64,000 bases of DNA from an uncultured bacterium (GCA_963710755.1 CAVQBK010000002.1:198273-262272), one strand, 5' to 3'; counted from the stretch's first letter, positions 23,697 through 33,825 are shown. The notes: a model not told the origin generated them from the sequence alone. Numbers and translations are program-made.

Positions 23697-24713
23697 CTAA
23701 TTGTTTTTTGTCACAGAGCCCTGCTCCAATTGCTCCATTGCCTCCAGCACCTGCTCCACCGTAATGCCGGTCATGCAGGCATGATGACCCAAGGGGCATT
23801 GTTTGCTGCCGTGGACCGCGCAAGGCCGGCAAGGCAGCTCCACACTAAGCACGCGGCAGCGAGCGCTGCGCGGCATAAAACCAAAGGCTCCTACCGTGGG
23901 ACCAAATAGTGCCACTGCTTTGGTGCCGCTGGCCAGTCCCAGATGCAAGGGGCCTGAATCATTACTGATCAGGACCATGGCCTGCGACAGCAGCACCGCC
24001 AATTTGGTGAGCGAGGTTTTGCCGATCAAGGACAGCACGGGTTTGGAGGTTTGGGCCTTGATGCGCTGGCCAATGGGAAATTCATCATGATCCCCAATCA
24101 ACACCACCTGAACCCCGCGTTCCGTCAGACGATCGGCCAGAGTGATAAACCGTGTTTCCGGCCAGCGTTTGGTTGCCCACTTGGCGCCCGGTGCCAGCAC
24201 TGCCACATCACGGTTAAGGTCCAGGCCATCGGCCTGCAACTGGTCCAGATAGGCTTCCCGGTCAATACCATCGAAAGAAAGCCTGGGCTCGCGAGAGACC
24301 AAGGCATATCCCACCTGCCGGGCGGCTTCACCATACCAGTCTACCACTGAAGATCGCTCATCCAAAAGCGGCCAGCGGTGCCACCAACAGCGCCTGCCCT
24401 GAGGCCGCACCAATAGCCTTCTGGCCAAGGCATGCTTGGGGTAGTGGACCAGGCTTTTTCTCCGTATATGACGCAGCACCTTGGCCGAACGTCCGGTTCG
24501 GTGCAGATCGAGCACGACATCAAAGGTATACTTGGGTTTTTGATTGGGTAACAGAATATGATCCGCCCCCGGCAATATGCTGCCCAAAGCTTTATAGGCA
24601 TCCTGCACCATCAGGGTGACTTCATCCCCGGCCGCGTGCACAGCCTCCAATACCGGTTGGGTTAAAATAATATCTCCCAACGAACTTAAGCGGGCGACCA
24701 GAATTTTTTTCAT
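23697..24713 (-). CDS. Glycosyltransferase family 9
   Basis: RLSSLGDIIL, APGAKWATKRWP, SNDSGPLHL, CRPC..HG...CP. Confidence 0.9.
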   Translation of the reverse strand: MKKILVARLSSLGDIILTQPVLEAVHAAGDEVTLMVQDAYKALGSILPGADHILLPNQKPKYTFDVVLDLHRTGRSAKVLRHIRRKSLVHYPKHALARRLLVRPQGRRCWWHRWPLLDERSSVVDWYGEAARQVGYALVSREPRLSFDGIDREAYLDQLQADGLDLNRDVAVLAPGAKWATKRWPETRFITLADRLTERGVQVVLIGDHDEFPIGQRIKAQTSKPVLSLIGKTSLTKLAVLLSQAMVLISNDSGPLHLGLASGTKAVALFGPTVGAFGFMPRSARCRVLSVELPCRPCAVHGSKQCPLGHHACMTGITVEQVLEAMEQLEQGSVTKNN

Positions 24714-25765
24714 AGGTGTGAGGGTCCTTTAGCCAGGGGCTGCAGAAATGTTTGCCAAGGTGTTTCTTGAGACGGTGTTTGCACCTGGAAGCGAACCGCC
24801 AGGGCCCAGGCTTCGATGGAACTGGCAGCAGGCCAGTTAACCTTAACCATATCTTTGGTGGTCATCACCACAGCTGCATGATGACGTCTGGCCAATTTTT
24901 CCCATTGGCGGAGTTGGTCCGGGCGGTACCAAAAATGATCGGGATATCGCTGGTGATGACAAACCACGGCCCCGCAGGCTTCCAGGGTATTGATAAAAGC
25001 CTGCGGTTTAGCTATACCCGACACGGCCACCACCCGTTGACCCTTCAGTACCTCCACAGGCCTGACGGTGTTGGTTTTAACATCCACCAGTTGGTAAGCC
25101 TTGTGACTGGCGTGATAAACCGGTTTGCTCTGGCCAATAGTCCGCCGGATCAGCTGCTCCAGAGGCTGGGGATCAACCTGGTCGCTGCGGGTAATGATGA
25201 TCATATCCGCATCCGCCATGGCTGTAAGCGGTTCACGGTAAGGACCGGCCGGCAGCACCCTGCCCGACAGCGCTTGTTTATCGCTGGCATCCATAAGCAA
25301 AATCTCCAAATCGCGAAACAGTTGGAAGCGCCGTTGAAAGCCGTCATCAAGAATCAAGATCTGGCAACCTAATTGCTCCACCGCCAGCATCCCGGTTTGG
25401 AAGCGATCCCGCCCCACCACCACAGCTGCCTGGCCCAGGAAACGCTGGGCCAGGGCATAAGGTTCATCACCACCGGCCCGGGGATCAGCCCGCAACGTTT
25501 GCCCATCAGATACCACTACCAAGGGGTCGCGGCTATGACGCCGGTAACCGCGCGACAGGATGGCTGGTTTGAGGCCGGCCTTAACCATCTGATCGCAAAC
25601 CCAGGCCACGGCTTCAGTCTTACCTGTGCCGCCCACGGTCAGATTGCCTATGGAAATCACAGGAACAGGACATTTGCGCGGAGGTTGTTGTTGGGCTTTG
25701 ACCTGCTGACGTTCAAGACCCCAGGTGTAAAGCCAGCTGAGCGGCAGCAGGAAGGGATAGTTCAT
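24710..25765 (-). CDS. lpxK: Tetraacyldisaccharide 4'-kinase
   Basis: SIGNLTVGGTGKT, SRGY, GDEP, LDDGFQ, PAGPYRE, YPDH. Confidence 0.95.
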   Translation of the reverse strand: MNYPFLLPLSWLYTWGLERQQVKAQQQPPRKCPVPVISIGNLTVGGTGKTEAVAWVCDQMVKAGLKPAILSRGYRRHSRDPLVVVSDGQTLRADPRAGGDEPYALAQRFLGQAAVVVGRDRFQTGMLAVEQLGCQILILDDGFQRRFQLFRDLEILLMDASDKQALSGRVLPAGPYREPLTAMADADMIIITRSDQVDPQPLEQLIRRTIGQSKPVYHASHKAYQLVDVKTNTVRPVEVLKGQRVVAVSGIAKPQAFINTLEACGAVVCHHQRYPDHFWYRPDQLRQWEKLARRHHAAVVMTTKDMVKVNWPAASSIEAWALAVRFQVQTPSQETPWQTFLQPLAKGPSHL

Positions 25766-27135
25766 CGCACCAGCCAGTCATCATCGAGCAAGGTTTCTTT
25801 TTGCCGGTTGTAATTGTTGTTCTTCACCGACTCCTGGCGCCAGCTCTTGACTTCCAAAGACCAGCGCTTGATCAACATTAACTTGAGCAGCATCTCCGCG
25901 GTCTGCATGGCACTACCTTGGGTACTGGCTACAGCGCCATGAGCCCGACGACCCATGGCTTTGGCTTCATGAGGATGGGTCAGCAACCGGATAACCGCTT
26001 GCGCCAATTGTTCGCCATCTTCCACTTGCAGCGCACCTTTAGCCTGGAGTAGCATTTCCGTGGATTTGGCAAAGTGATTCATATGCGGACCTACCACCAC
26101 CGGCACACCCTGCAAAGCCGGTTCCAGGGGATTGTGCCCGCCAAAGGGGGCCAGGGACCCGCCCACCAAGGCTACTTGAGCACAGCCATACAAGGCGGCC
26201 AATTCGCCCATAGTGTCAAGTACGATCACTGGAAAATCAATCATCTCTTCTTCCAGCCGGCTGCGGTAGGTAAAGGCTTGCTGTTTTTCCATGAGCAGCC
26301 GCTCGATTTCTTTAAGGCGGTTCAAGTGGCGCGGGGCCAAAATCAATACAGCTTCAGGCATCGCTTGGCGGACCTGTTTGAAAGCGTCAATAATCTGGGC
26401 TTCCTCCCCGGGCCGGGTACTGCCGGCCACCCATACCGGTTGATCCGGTTTAAGGCGCAACAGCCGGCGAAAGTCCACTGCGCTTTGCGCAGTAGTCTGA
26501 TCGGATTTTACATTGCTCACAATTTTAATGCGCTGGGGGTTGGCGCCCAGGGCAATGAAACGCTGGGCATCGGATTCGGATTGAATGGTCAGAAGTTCAA
26601 ATTTCTCCAAAGTACGCCGCATCAAATTCCCCAACAGACGATAGGGTTTTACGTTTTTTTCCGACAAACGTCCGTTCACGAGAGCCAATTGGCTGCCGCT
26701 GCTTTTAACCGTTAAAATGAGATTGGGCCACAATTCCGTCTCTGCCACCACCATCAAAGCTGGTTGAATCTGATGCACCACTTTCCTGACTGCTGCCGGA
26801 TAGTCCAAGGGCGCCAGGAAGGCTACATCCACTTCCGGAATTTTCCGGGCTACATGGTCCAGGCCGCTGGTGGTCATCGTGGTCACCACAATGGAGAGCG
26901 CGGCATTACGCTGTTTTAAATGGCGCACAATGGGCGCCACCACCGACAGCTCCCCCACGCTGGCGGCGTGGAACCAGAGTCGGGGTTCAGGCAACTGCTT
27001 AAGACGGGCCAACTTGTCCTTGGGTATGTATCCAAAACGGTTGGTCAGACCCGTGCGTATTTTTTTACTGATTAGCAGAAAAGGTAGAAAGGGCGTGACC
27101 ACCGCCGTAGCCATCCCCCATAGAATATTATACAT
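25762..27135 (-). CDS. waaA: Kdo transferase
   Basis: WFHAASVGE, PLD, ETELWPN, NGRLS, AGST..GEE, APRH, GGHNPLEPA. Confidence 0.95.
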   Translation of the reverse strand: MYNILWGMATAVVTPFLPFLLISKKIRTGLTNRFGYIPKDKLARLKQLPEPRLWFHAASVGELSVVAPIVRHLKQRNAALSIVVTTMTTSGLDHVARKIPEVDVAFLAPLDYPAAVRKVVHQIQPALMVVAETELWPNLILTVKSSGSQLALVNGRLSEKNVKPYRLLGNLMRRTLEKFELLTIQSESDAQRFIALGANPQRIKIVSNVKSDQTTAQSAVDFRRLLRLKPDQPVWVAGSTRPGEEAQIIDAFKQVRQAMPEAVLILAPRHLNRLKEIERLLMEKQQAFTYRSRLEEEMIDFPVIVLDTMGELAALYGCAQVALVGGSLAPFGGHNPLEPALQGVPVVVGPHMNHFAKSTEMLLQAKGALQVEDGEQLAQAVIRLLTHPHEAKAMGRRAHGAVASTQGSAMQTAEMLLKLMLIKRWSLEVKSWRQESVKNNNYNRQKETLLDDDWLVR

Positions 27136-27150
27136 GATGGTTATGCTCCC

Positions 27151-28296
27151 TCATTCCTGACCTGCGGTGGCCAGTACCACCCGGGCCGCACGTTCAGCCG
27201 CACCGGGGCTACCCAGGCGTGCTCTGACCTTGGCCCAACCCTGACGCTGCTTGTCAGCCAGGTTGGGATTGGCTAAAAGGGCCTGGGCCTGGGGCGCCAC
27301 CCGCTCAGGCGTGAATTCATGCTGTAAAAATTCCGGGGCAATTTTTTCACCAGCCGTTAAATTGGCCAGCCCAAAATAAGGCAACCTGACAAACAACCGC
27401 GCCAGCCCATAACTAAGCGGATGCATACGATAGGCGATCAGCATGGGACAGTTGAGAATAGCAGTCTCCAGCGTCGCAGTGCCCGAGGAAATAATGGTCA
27501 GATCCGCCGCCGCCCGCGCTGCCAAAGGCCGGTCTTCCACGATCTCGGCCTGCAGGTCTTCCTGATCCAGAATCTCCTTAACCCTGGCCTTGGACACTGT
27601 CCTGGCCAGCGGTATAAAAAATTTGATTTGCGGCCATGCTGGTTGCAAAAGTTTGGCGGTGCGCGCCATGATGGGCAGCAGCAATTCGATTTCCTGACGG
27701 CGGCTGCCTGGTGCCAGCGCCACCAACGGGCCGGCTTTGCCTTGCAATAATTGAGCCCGTCTGAGCGCTGGATCGATTTCCGGTTTCACGGCATCCACCA
27801 GGGGATGACCCACAAAAGTCACCGGAATGCCTGCCTCTTGGTAAAGCGTTTCCTCAAAAGGCAAAATCACCAGCATGTGATCCACGATTTTTTTCATGGT
27901 GTGAATCCGGCCCTTGCGCCAGGCCCATATCTGGGGGCTGATGTAATACACCACCGGGATACCCAGCCTTTTGGCTTTAGCGGCAATCTTAAAATTCAAA
28001 TCCGGAAAATCAGTAAGCACTGCCACGTCCGGTTTTTCCGTTTGCAATAGCTTTTCAGCCAATTTCAATATCTTAAAAAAAGTACCGATTTTTTTCAGGG
28101 CTTCGGCCACACCGATTACAGCCATGGACACCAGATCATACTTAATATCCACGCCGGCCTTGGCCATCAGGCTGCCGCCAAAACCAAAGAACGTGCTTTG
28201 AGGGGCAAGGTGCTTGATGGCCGCCACCAGGTCAGCGGCATGTTGGTCGCCGGAGGCTTCGCCGGCTACGATCATGATTTTAAGGGATGGATTCAT
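27151..28296 (-). CDS. lpxB: Lipid A disaccharide synthase
   Basis: AGEASGD, YISPQIWAWR, ILPFE, FVGHPL, PGSR, SGTATLE. Confidence 0.96.
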   Translation of the reverse strand: MNPSLKIMIVAGEASGDQHAADLVAAIKHLAPQSTFFGFGGSLMAKAGVDIKYDLVSMAVIGVAEALKKIGTFFKILKLAEKLLQTEKPDVAVLTDFPDLNFKIAAKAKRLGIPVVYYISPQIWAWRKGRIHTMKKIVDHMLVILPFEETLYQEAGIPVTFVGHPLVDAVKPEIDPALRRAQLLQGKAGPLVALAPGSRRQEIELLLPIMARTAKLLQPAWPQIKFFIPLARTVSKARVKEILDQEDLQAEIVEDRPLAARAAADLTIISSGTATLETAILNCPMLIAYRMHPLSYGLARLFVRLPYFGLANLTAGEKIAPEFLQHEFTPERVAPQAQALLANPNLADKQRQGWAKVRARLGSPGAAERAARVVLATAGQE

Positions 28297-29276
28297 TGGG
28301 CTGTATAATTCTGCTCTCTGATCTGCCTGGTGATCTCCAGAGCCACGGCCAGGGCTTCCCGGCCATGCTCAGCCGTGACTTGCGGCGGCTCACCGGACCG
28401 GACCGCGTGTATAAAAGCGCTTAATTCTATCATGAGCGGTTCTTTCTTGCCAAAAGTTACTTTTTCACGGTCAATGAGGTTAAGCAGATTGCCTTCATCC
28501 TGGGGCCGGTCCTTTTTCAGTTTAAAAATGACCAGTTCCTGTTTTTGATAATCAATACTGATATAACTGTCGGGTGAGAAAATACGAATCTTGCGCTTGG
28601 TCTCCACGCTGGCGCGCGACGCGCTAAGGTTGGCCACACAGCCGTTGGCCAGGGTGAGCCGGGCATTGGCAATATCTTCATGGGCCGTCAATATCTTGAC
28701 CCCCACGGCTTCCACCTGCTTGACCCCGGCGCCCACCAAATCCATGATAATGTCCAGGTCATGGATCATCAGATCCAGCACGACGCCGATATCATTGTTG
28801 CGTTTGGAAAACGGTCCCAGGCGATGGACTTCAATGAACCTGGGGTCTCTGATGATCTTCTTCAATTCCTGAATGGCTTCATTGAAGCGTTCGATGTGGC
28901 CGATTTGAAGGCAGCAGTGATTGGCCTGGGCCAGAGCGATGAGTTCATCGGCCTGGGCCACCGTGGTGGTCATGGGCTTTTCCAGCAGCACATGCACTTT
29001 TTTTTCCAGAAACGTCTTGGCCACCTCAAAGTGATGGGCTGTGGGCACCACCACGGAAACCACATCCACCTTGTCCACCAGTTCCTGGTAGGCAGTAGTA
29101 TAGGCACATTTGCATTTGTGGGCTACAGCCTTGGCCTGATGTTCATTGACATCCGCCACACCTACCAGCTCCACGCCGGGCAGCTGGGTGTAGACCCGGG
29201 CATGATGCTGGCCCAGGCTGCCGACGCCAATAACGGCGGCTCTAATCAGCTTGTTTTCAGATATTTCCCCGACCAT
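28293..29276 (-). CDS. Gfo/Idh/MocA oxidoreductase, GnnA-like (putative UDP-GlcNAc 3-dehydrogenase)
   Basis: GVGSLGQHHAR, LEKP, GHIERFN, DLMIHDLD, SASR. Its stop overlaps the lpxB start. ATG 29276 follows GGAGG. Confidence 0.85.
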   Translation of the reverse strand: MVGEISENKLIRAAVIGVGSLGQHHARVYTQLPGVELVGVADVNEHQAKAVAHKCKCAYTTAYQELVDKVDVVSVVVPTAHHFEVAKTFLEKKVHVLLEKPMTTTVAQADELIALAQANHCCLQIGHIERFNEAIQELKKIIRDPRFIEVHRLGPFSKRNNDIGVVLDLMIHDLDIIMDLVGAGVKQVEAVGVKILTAHEDIANARLTLANGCVANLSASRASVETKRKIRIFSPDSYISIDYQKQELVIFKLKKDRPQDEGNLLNLIDREKVTFGKKEPLMIELSAFIHAVRSGEPPQVTAEHGREALAVALEITRQIREQNYTAQ

Positions 29277-29308
29277 GCGATCCTCCAAAAGGTCAATAAC
29301 AAGGCCCG

Positions 29309-29337
29309 ATTATCCGCGTCCAATGCTTGCCTGTCAA
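29309..29337 (-). promoter_or_regulatory. sigma70-type promoter of the LPS operon
   Basis: Minus strand TTGACA-17 nt-GATAAT. Confidence 0.55.
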
Positions 29338-29461
29338 GTTCATTCCCGGGTTACGCAGCACAAACGGACAACCTCTCGTCATCCTTGTGTTGATAAAACA
29401 CCGGCACTATGATTATAATCAAAAAGATTCAAGTTTTTCACTTAGGTTATAAAAGAACGCC

Positions 29462-29845
29462 ATGCCGGCCTTAACCGATGACCAAATCGAGAAAATAAAA
29501 AGCCACATCCTGCAGCTCACCCACGCCGATTATGCCTTATTATTTAGCGCCATGGTCAAGACACCCCATGGCGAAAGTGATGTGGACTTATTCTTGGGCT
29601 CCAGCATCCCTCATGACCTACGTCTCACCTTGTCACTGGAATTGGAAGCCCTCCTGGGCATGCCCGTGGAGGTGTTTTTTTATCATGCAGCTGTGCCGGA
29701 ATTGTCGCTTAAAGCCTTTGCCCGTGGGCGGCTGCTTTTTAGAAACAACAAGGATCATTTCCGCTGCTTTTATCAATACGAAGACAGAAAATCGCTGCTG
29801 CCCATCCGCCAAGCCCACATCAAAATGAGGTGTGCCCATGGTTGA
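29462..29845 (+). CDS. Minimal nucleotidyltransferase (MntA-like antitoxin), possibly degenerate
   Basis: LFS.....SDVDL (GS motif altered), LE.LLG.PV, G.LLF. Upstream TTGATA-18-TATAAT. Overlaps a HEPN-like start. Confidence 0.7.
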   Translation: MPALTDDQIEKIKSHILQLTHADYALLFSAMVKTPHGESDVDLFLGSSIPHDLRLTLSLELEALLGMPVEVFFYHAAVPELSLKAFARGRLLFRNNKDHFRCFYQYEDRKSLLPIRQAHIKMRCAHG

Positions 29846-29960
29846 TTCCGCTGTCCTCACCAGACGCTTTGAACAAATTGATGCCCATTTGGCCAAGATA
29901 ACACCCTATATCATGGTGCCTTATGATGACTTTTTAAACAACGCCGTTGCTCAGCACTTT
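29838..29960 (+). pseudogene. Truncated HepT/DUF86 (HEPN) toxin N-terminus
   Basis: ATG overlaps the MNT stop; reads MVDSAVLTRRFEQIDAHLAKI....DDFLNN..AQH, then loses similarity at a T-run. No RX4H motif. Confidence 0.55.
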
Positions 29961-30020
29961 TTTTTCCGGCCCATTCCCCGGTCCCGGTAGCCGGCACCGG
30001 CAGCACAAGGTTAATTATTT

Positions 30021-30072
30021 CCGGCTCATGAATGAGCCGATTGCAGGTGTTAAACTGCTCACGGCTTATTAG
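30021..30072. repeat. Orphan copy of the Fic-upstream operator region
   Basis: CGGCTCATGAATGAGCCGATTGCAGGTGTTAAACTGCTCACGGCTTATTAG closely matches 35187-35237 CGGCTCATTTATGAGTCGATTTTAGGTGTTAAACGGCTCACGGCTTATTAG. Confidence 0.8.
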
Positions 30073-30469
30073 TGTGCCCAATAGGACACCTATAATTTAA
30101 TATCTATTTCTCATCGATGACAATCTCAAAGCGCAGGATATACTGCTGAATGCTTGTGAATTGCGGGGACATTGGTGGTTAGCGCGCATTAACTCTTCAG
30201 GCTTGCTGGAGAGCATCGGATATGTCTAAGCGGACAGGCCAGGGCATAGGTGAATTCTATAGAAAATAATGTTCCCTATCAATCGTAATGCATCTTAAGC
30301 ACTAACGTTCCTTATTTTTATCTTCTTTTCAAGGCGTAATTCCTTTTTGTTTATGGCTCATCGCCTTTTCTTTTTCAATTAATTTTGCAATAGTAAATTT
30401 AACTCCATACTTGGCCCCAGCATAGGCTTTAAAAACTGGTTCGCTCAACATTCCCGCATTCTCTATCTT

Positions 30470-31897
30470 TCAAAGCGCACCTTGATTGTCTCCTCCGCGC
30501 CATAACATATATTTTTCATTCTCAGGAAAGCGCTTTGACAATTCCTCTATTTGATTCCCCTTCGTAACCCACATAATTTTTTCAAATACAAATCCATAGC
30601 AATAGAATTTCAATGCCCAGGCAGTGGAATTATCATCTGTAAATAAAATCGGCCGTTTGCCCATCTGGTTTTTGATATACCACGCCACATGATCAATGCC
30701 ATCATTACCATCTCCAAAAGCACCGTCCTTTAATTTGATATTGCTTTCGCTTTTAATTGGTATCATTATCATTATCATCATGCCTGTTAGTAATATAGCT
30801 GTGATTATCTTTCCGATTTTCGGTTCTGATATTTTCTCATAAATAAGTCTTATTAATCCACTTATTGGTACAGCAACAAGAATAATAACCAAAGGTGCTA
30901 TGAGCATCAAATACCGCGGATAAAATTCAAATCTCACAATGGACATCATGGAAATATCCGCTAATACAAATAATGACAACGCCAGATAAAATCCAGCGCT
31001 TTCATCAAAACGCTTCCGAATGGCCTTGCCGATGATGGATAACAAGGTGATCGGGATCAGTGCAAAGAAAATATTTTTTATCCAGTTTAGCCAAAACAAA
31101 TCAAACATCATTTTGAACCAAATTAAATAGCGTTGCCAAAGTGGTTCTTTAGTTGGTTCAATCAATTGTGATTGATTTTTAAATTGTTTGATTAGAAAAC
31201 CCAGCGGTGGGTTGGAGAAAAGAGAAACAAATAGCAATCCAAGAACCACCCAACCGAATCCCTTAAAGAAAGCTTTGATTTCTGGGATCCAAAAAGCAAG
31301 TTTCTTTTGAGGGTCAAATAAAAAATGCAAATAAACGACAAGAACCGCCAACGGCATAAATAAAATTCCAAATTGTTTAGTTGCAAAAGCCAGGGCAACG
31401 GCAATGCCGGCATATAAATATCTTTTTGAGGAAACAAGATATATACCCAGAAGACCCCAAAATACATACAACGTATCCAAATAACCCGAGTTGTCGTAAC
31501 CAATGCAATAAGGGGAAGCTGCCAGCAAAAAAGCTGCTATAAGACCTGCGGACCGGCTAAAATAATGCTTCCCAATTTTATAAACCAACAGCACATTGCC
31601 AATGCCGGCTATAAAATTCGGAAAACGGGCGACATTTTCAGAGACACCAAAAATACCATAACAGATGGCTTGCAAATAGAACAACACCGGCGGTTTGTCT
31701 ATTTCAGGAACGCCATTAAACAATATGTCCAACTTATCGTAGACCCTATTGGCCCAACCCGCATACAAGGCTTCATCCATGGAGAAACGATGAATACCAA
31801 AATATTTGATTCGTATAAGGAAAGCGAAGACAGCGATTAAAAACAATCCTAATTTATACCTGTTTTTTTTATCAAATAGTTCAGAAATGATTTTCAT
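30470..31897 (-). CDS. GT-C fold glycosyltransferase (ArnT/PMT_2-like), copy 1
   Basis: IRI.......MDEALY, DKPP, ARFP, ATKQFG; many TMs; AT-rich. The frame stays open for 39 more codons after the TGA (to ~30351). Confidence 0.85.
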   Translation of the reverse strand: MKIISELFDKKNRYKLGLFLIAVFAFLIRIKYFGIHRFSMDEALYAGWANRVYDKLDILFNGVPEIDKPPVLFYLQAICYGIFGVSENVARFPNFIAGIGNVLLVYKIGKHYFSRSAGLIAAFLLAASPYCIGYDNSGYLDTLYVFWGLLGIYLVSSKRYLYAGIAVALAFATKQFGILFMPLAVLVVYLHFLFDPQKKLAFWIPEIKAFFKGFGWVVLGLLFVSLFSNPPLGFLIKQFKNQSQLIEPTKEPLWQRYLIWFKMMFDLFWLNWIKNIFFALIPITLLSIIGKAIRKRFDESAGFYLALSLFVLADISMMSIVRFEFYPRYLMLIAPLVIILVAVPISGLIRLIYEKISEPKIGKIITAILLTGMMIMIMIPIKSESNIKLKDGAFGDGNDGIDHVAWYIKNQMGKRPILFTDDNSTAWALKFYCYGFVFEKIMWVTKGNQIEELSKRFPENEKYMLWRGGDNQGAL

Positions 31898-32036
31898 TAT
31901 TTCCTTTCTTCAAAAAAGTCTATGGTTCATTAATAATAAACTATGTTGGCAAGGCCGGAATAAAAGATTTATCTCGCGCAAAGGCGCAAAGTTAAAGATT
32001 TTTTATTTTGCTTTTATGGTATGTGCTTTATCTTGA

Positions 32037-32064
32037 GTAGGGGCACGGCATGCCGTGCCCCTAC
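32037..32064. repeat. REP-like perfect palindrome
   Basis: GTAGGGGCACGGCATGCCGTGCCCCTAC, with GTAG...CTAC ends. Confidence 0.75.
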
Positions 32065-32215
32065 CACTACTGCCAAACCCGGAATACTATCTACTTAAAA
32101 AATGTAGATCATGCTGATACTGGATCTAAATTAAGCATATTAAAAACAGGCGAAAGAGAATCATGCAATTCCCTCATATTTTTCAAATTGTTTTTCTGTA
32201 AATTAAGATAATGAG

Positions 32216-33146
32216 TTATTTAATTTTCATTATCCAGATTACGGTCATATTAATTGGTCGGGTCTCATTGGCTATTCTAGGTGTGCCATTAACTCCGTCA
32301 GTGACCGGGGCGCCAACTGGCACGCTGTTAAGATGTCCAGGCCCATTCCAATCATATACGTTTGTTGAACCACTAGAACCTACAGTAAGTCCCCCAGAAT
32401 GATAATGCCCCTGAAAAGCATCATCCTGCATAATATAGTTATTCCCGCTGCGGGCTGTGGTTCCGCCTCGCAAAAATCTCTTCTCACCGTTAAGGTTGGG
32501 GGTTGCCAAATTGTTAAGCGGGCTGCCGGAATCCAGAATAGTCGATCCATCACAGCGTTTCCAGTTGGCTGGCAATGCGCGGCCTGGATAATCCACCCAA
32601 GCCATAATGCTGCCCACCGGCAGCACGGCTTCCATCGAAATATCAGCCTGCGTAACCGCCCCATCTGCTATTTTATCAGTTGTGACCACATTGGCCGCAA
32701 GTTTATCGCCGGTCACCGCACTGTTGGCCAGTTTGATCGGGTCACCGCACCATCATTCACCGTGATGGCATTGCCGGCAACAATCGCAAAGGGCACTGAG
32801 GCCAGCTGGCTGGCGCGGGGTCATTTCGTTGTCTGTACCGACTTTTCGCCAGTAATGATACGTATTGATATCCACCCCGGCCAAGGTCGTTTTGCTGCCC
32901 AGGACCACATTGAAATAACCTGACTTTGGTACTTACTTGATGCGATTCGGACCATAAATAGGTTCCAGCAGTGGCGGCATCATAAAGATAAAATGTGATG
33001 TCATAATTCCCATCGGGCAGCGCGGCGCCGTCTTGCTTGGTCAACCGGCCTTGGTAATTCATGGTGGAGGGCACATCGGCCACGGCAACTTGCAAGCCCG
33101 CCAGAAGCATCACGATTGATAAAAGCAAAACTGTTTTCATTTTCAT
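32216..33146 (-). pseudogene. Secreted fibre-like protein with a C-terminal phage tail-collar-like domain; about three frameshifts
   Basis: Signal peptide plus VPSTMNYQGRL. Across frameshifts it reads GYFNVVLG..EMTPRQ.LASVPFA, then AVT.DK.A repeats, then PVGSIMAW..P.NW..CDG..PNL..FLRG..QDDAFQGHYH..ETRPINMTVIWIMKIK. Confidence 0.75.
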
Positions 33147-33201
33147 TTCCAACATCTCCTTTAAAATAATTTTCCCTTGTCCTCACGCCAACCGGGCGCG
33201 C

Positions 33202-33825
33202 TTATTTTATAATCGCAATATTTTTAATCACCTTGGTGGTCTTGTGTTCATTGCTGGCCTTGATCAGCAGCAAATACACCCCATTGGCCATGTTGGAAAA
33301 ATTCCAGTCCCAATGGTTTTTACCGGCCGGCACATTGGTCCAGCTTTTGGAAATCACCAGCCGGTGGGTGACGCTGGTGAAAATCTTGAGCTCCACATCC
33401 GCGGGCTCGGCCAAGTGATAATAAATGTGCCCCACCGAACCGCGCATGGGATGAGGGGCGGCGTACACATACTGTTTATCCAGCAGCTCCCCGCCAAAGG
33501 TCCGGATGGGCGTGGTGGTAATGGTGATGGTAGGCGTCGCGGTCACCGTTGGGCTGGGGGTGGGGGTGGGCGGCACTACGAAAAATTCATTGTACAGCCC
33601 GGCTTGCGCGGCATAGGAGTTGCCCCTGGCCTGAGCGGTAAAAGCTTCCCCCAAATTGCTTTGCATGGTCATGGAGGTAACGCCGGGCAAGGCCGTGCTG
33701 TTCGCGGTAGTGGTATTCCCGGCGCTGTTGAAAACATAGGAAAAAATGCCATAATTTTCCGAATTGGCGGCAAACAGGACAATAGGTATGAAAATGCCTA
33801 TAAGAATGGCAATTAAACGTTTCAT
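33202..33825 (-). CDS. Secreted protein with Pro/Thr linker and T9SS-type-A-like C-terminal domain, copy A
   Basis: Signal peptide, PTPTPSPTVTATPT linker, YAAPHP...KIFT...WDWN..NMANGVYLL.IKA...K.IK.IAIIK; AGAGGTGG RBS. Confidence 0.8.
   Translation of the reverse strand: MKRLIAILIGIFIPIVLFAANSENYGIFSYVFNSAGNTTTANSTALPGVTSMTMQSNLGEAFTAQARGNSYAAQAGLYNEFFVVPPTPTPSPTVTATPTITITTTPIRTFGGELLDKQYVYAAPHPMRGSVGHIYYHLAEPADVELKIFTSVTHRLVISKSWTNVPAGKNHWDWNFSNMANGVYLLLIKASNEHKTTKVIKNIAIIK

Noticed and set aside
30470-30472. TGA recoding (alternative genetic code or selenocysteine)
   Set aside because: TGA ends rpoB, murA, hisB and others at the expected C-termini, and no SECIS-like context is evident.
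32216-32716. Prophage, suggested by the tail-collar domain
   Set aside because: No other phage genes, and the reconstructed protein has a signal peptide.
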